A DNA stretch of 63,065 bases, the filler included, from Octopus bimaculoides (lineage: Eukaryota), in assembly GCF_001194135.2 (NCBI RefSeq). It is 7 parts of 5 records of this genome, joined end to end, with 100 filler letters (N's around TTAATTAATTAA, not from the genome) between each part and the next. Parts side by side here need not be neighbours in the genome. Positions count along the whole stretch, not along the records: positions 61,740 to 63,065 come from NW_026375440.1; 6 more parts are not named here. One strand, written 5' to 3'. The position numbers were made by a program, and so were the translations under genes. Numbering within the stretch: the stretch's first letter is position 1; each line of letters opens with the position of its first letter. The notes beneath the pieces are model-generated. The model made no database searches. It was not told where the DNA came from and saw only the letters and a program-made list of their open reading frames with translations. Positions 61,640 through 63,065 of the stretch are shown here, one piece after another.

Positions 61640-61739
61640 NNNNNNNNNNNNNNNNNNNNNNNNNNNNNNNNNNNNNNNNNNNNTTAATTAATTAANNNNN
61701 NNNNNNNNNNNNNNNNNNNNNNNNNNNNNNNNNNNNNNN
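61640..61739. other. Artificial scaffold linker N44-TTAATTAATTAA-N44
   Basis: Same 100-bp structure as 7374. Confidence 0.97.
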
Positions 61740-61784
61740 GTACAAATGCAAAACAAAAGTCAAACATAAAATAATAATAATAAT
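61740..61784 (+). mobile_element. 3' terminus of family R4-3 with (TAA)n tail
   Basis: GTACAAATGCAAAACAAAAGTCAAACATAAAATAATAATAATAA matches 9900-9940. Confidence 0.7.
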
Positions 61785-63065
61785 AAACGCAACAACACAT
61801 ACATATAAGATATGGAAGAAAAATAATTTAAATAAAGACCTTGATACAACAATGAACCCTAATAAACTAGCTAACATAAGGAGATATATTCTCAAAGCAA
61901 AAAAAAAAATATCAGAAATAAAAATAGAACAATTGAAAGGAAAATTACATCAAGAAAATCTAGATAGTAGTCACACAGCAATGCCAAATAATAATATAAA
62001 CACTGAGATAGTAAAACACGAAGACAAACGTAACATTCCCGCCAAAAACGAAGTAAACAAAAACAACAAACCCAGACCGTAGAGTTGTATAATAATGTAC
62101 AAAAAGCACCAATCCAGAACACCACAGACGAACATATGAAGGAAAAGGAAGGCGAAAGAAATCTGAAACCCGGGAATAACGAAGGGAAACCTAATAATTA
62201 CGATACTATGAAAATAACCAAAGAACTGAAAACCACAGATCTTAGAATGGACCACAGATTATATCTCCCAAAAATCAAAATAGACAATAAAACAACATCA
62301 ATAATAAATAGTATAAATCTGGCCGTCACGGAACTAAATGCCACAGAAACAACTGGCAATATCACTGAGCTAAATGACGTAATATATGCGGCAGCCACTG
62401 CAGCCACAAAAGAAGCAGGATACTCACTCAAACCCATCCGAACAGGAGGTCTACCACCCAAACAGACCTTGTGGATAAATAATATCCAAAACAAAATTTA
62501 AAAAAAGAGAAAAGATCTATCGATTGACAACGAAATTAGTAGACAATCAACACAACTAAATAACAAGAAGAAGACAAAAATACTGTACAAATACAACATT
62601 ACAGAAAAAGATTTACCTGAGGCAGAAGAAAAAGCTAAAGCAAGATATCCTTGCCAAAGCACAAAGGATCCGCCGGTATGAGAAACGCCAACGTTTCTTT
62701 GAACAAAAGAAACAGTTCAAATCCAACCCCAAAAAATTCTACCAAGAACTAGGTAAAAATAAAATAGACATTACTGCAGCACCAACAGCAGAAGAAGTGG
62801 AAGTATTTTGGACAGAAATATGGTCGGTGAAGCAACAACCTCAGAAAAGGACTATTAAAACAACGAACTTAGCACCTAAGCAACTCTGGACCCCTATAAC
62901 AACTGAAGAGGTCATCCAGGCACTCCAAAGACTAAGCAACTGGAAGGCACATGGGCACGAAAAGATCCCCAATTTCTGGTTAAAATACCTGACAGGAATG
63001 CACGAAAAGCTGGCTGAAAACTTTAACAACATACTAGCAGATCCAGAGACAATGCCTGAATGGCT
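61785..63065 (+). mobile_element. R4/Dong-clade retrotransposon ORF, N-terminal region into RT domain 0; runs off the window; stops and frameshifts
   Basis: NKLANIRRYILK; TELNDVIYAAATAAT; KQDILAKAQRIRRYEKRQRFFEQ..QFKSNPKKFYQEL; EVEVFWTEIW; NWKAHGHEKIPNFWLKYLTGMHEKLA..FNNIL..PETMPEWL. Confidence 0.92.

Noticed and set aside
7418-61695. TTAATTAATTAA recurring six times, like a regularly spaced repeat or homeodomain site
   Set aside because: Always centred in exactly 44+44 Ns; an all-frame stop linker added during assembly.
1-63065. CRISPR arrays, rRNA, operons or other prokaryotic systems
   Set aside because: None seen. The sequence is metazoan repeat-rich DNA, and the 21- and 26-bp tandem repeats have no unique spacers.

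Overview
AT-rich, microsatellite-dense, heavily gapped eukaryotic draft-assembly DNA. The repeat families look like those of an octopus (coleoid cephalopod); this is my inference from repeat style, not a database result. No host gene can be called with confidence; one weak candidate exon lies at 43156-43289 (-). Nearly all long ORFs in the track come from N runs or microsatellites. The interpretable sequence is transposon debris. It includes three tRNA-headed SINE families (my labels A, B, C) and a non-coding TAA-tailed family (D). LINE pieces come from the R4/Dong, L1/Tx1, CR1-like, RTE and Penelope groups. DNA elements include a full-length decayed Tigger/pogo, Tc1/mariner relics (one with DD41D spacing) and a Helitron 5' end; there is also a PPT+LTR end. 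Best leads: (1) a ~50-nt 3' tail shared by a Tx1-like LINE end, a SINE B subfamily and an apparently ORF1-only (HAL1-like) element; (2) an intact minimal dimer-type hammerhead ribozyme in a Penelope terminal repeat, plus a decayed second one; (3) R4/Dong elements and family D stacked head-to-tail in (TAA)n tracts; (4) several long hairpins; (5) a ~280-bp tandem unit carrying a tRNA-like sequence. Assembly artefacts: six 100-bp N44-TTAATTAATTAA-N44 linkers, an Illumina adapter remnant, and duplicated contig ends. Element boundaries were placed by eye and are approximate unless exact motifs are quoted.
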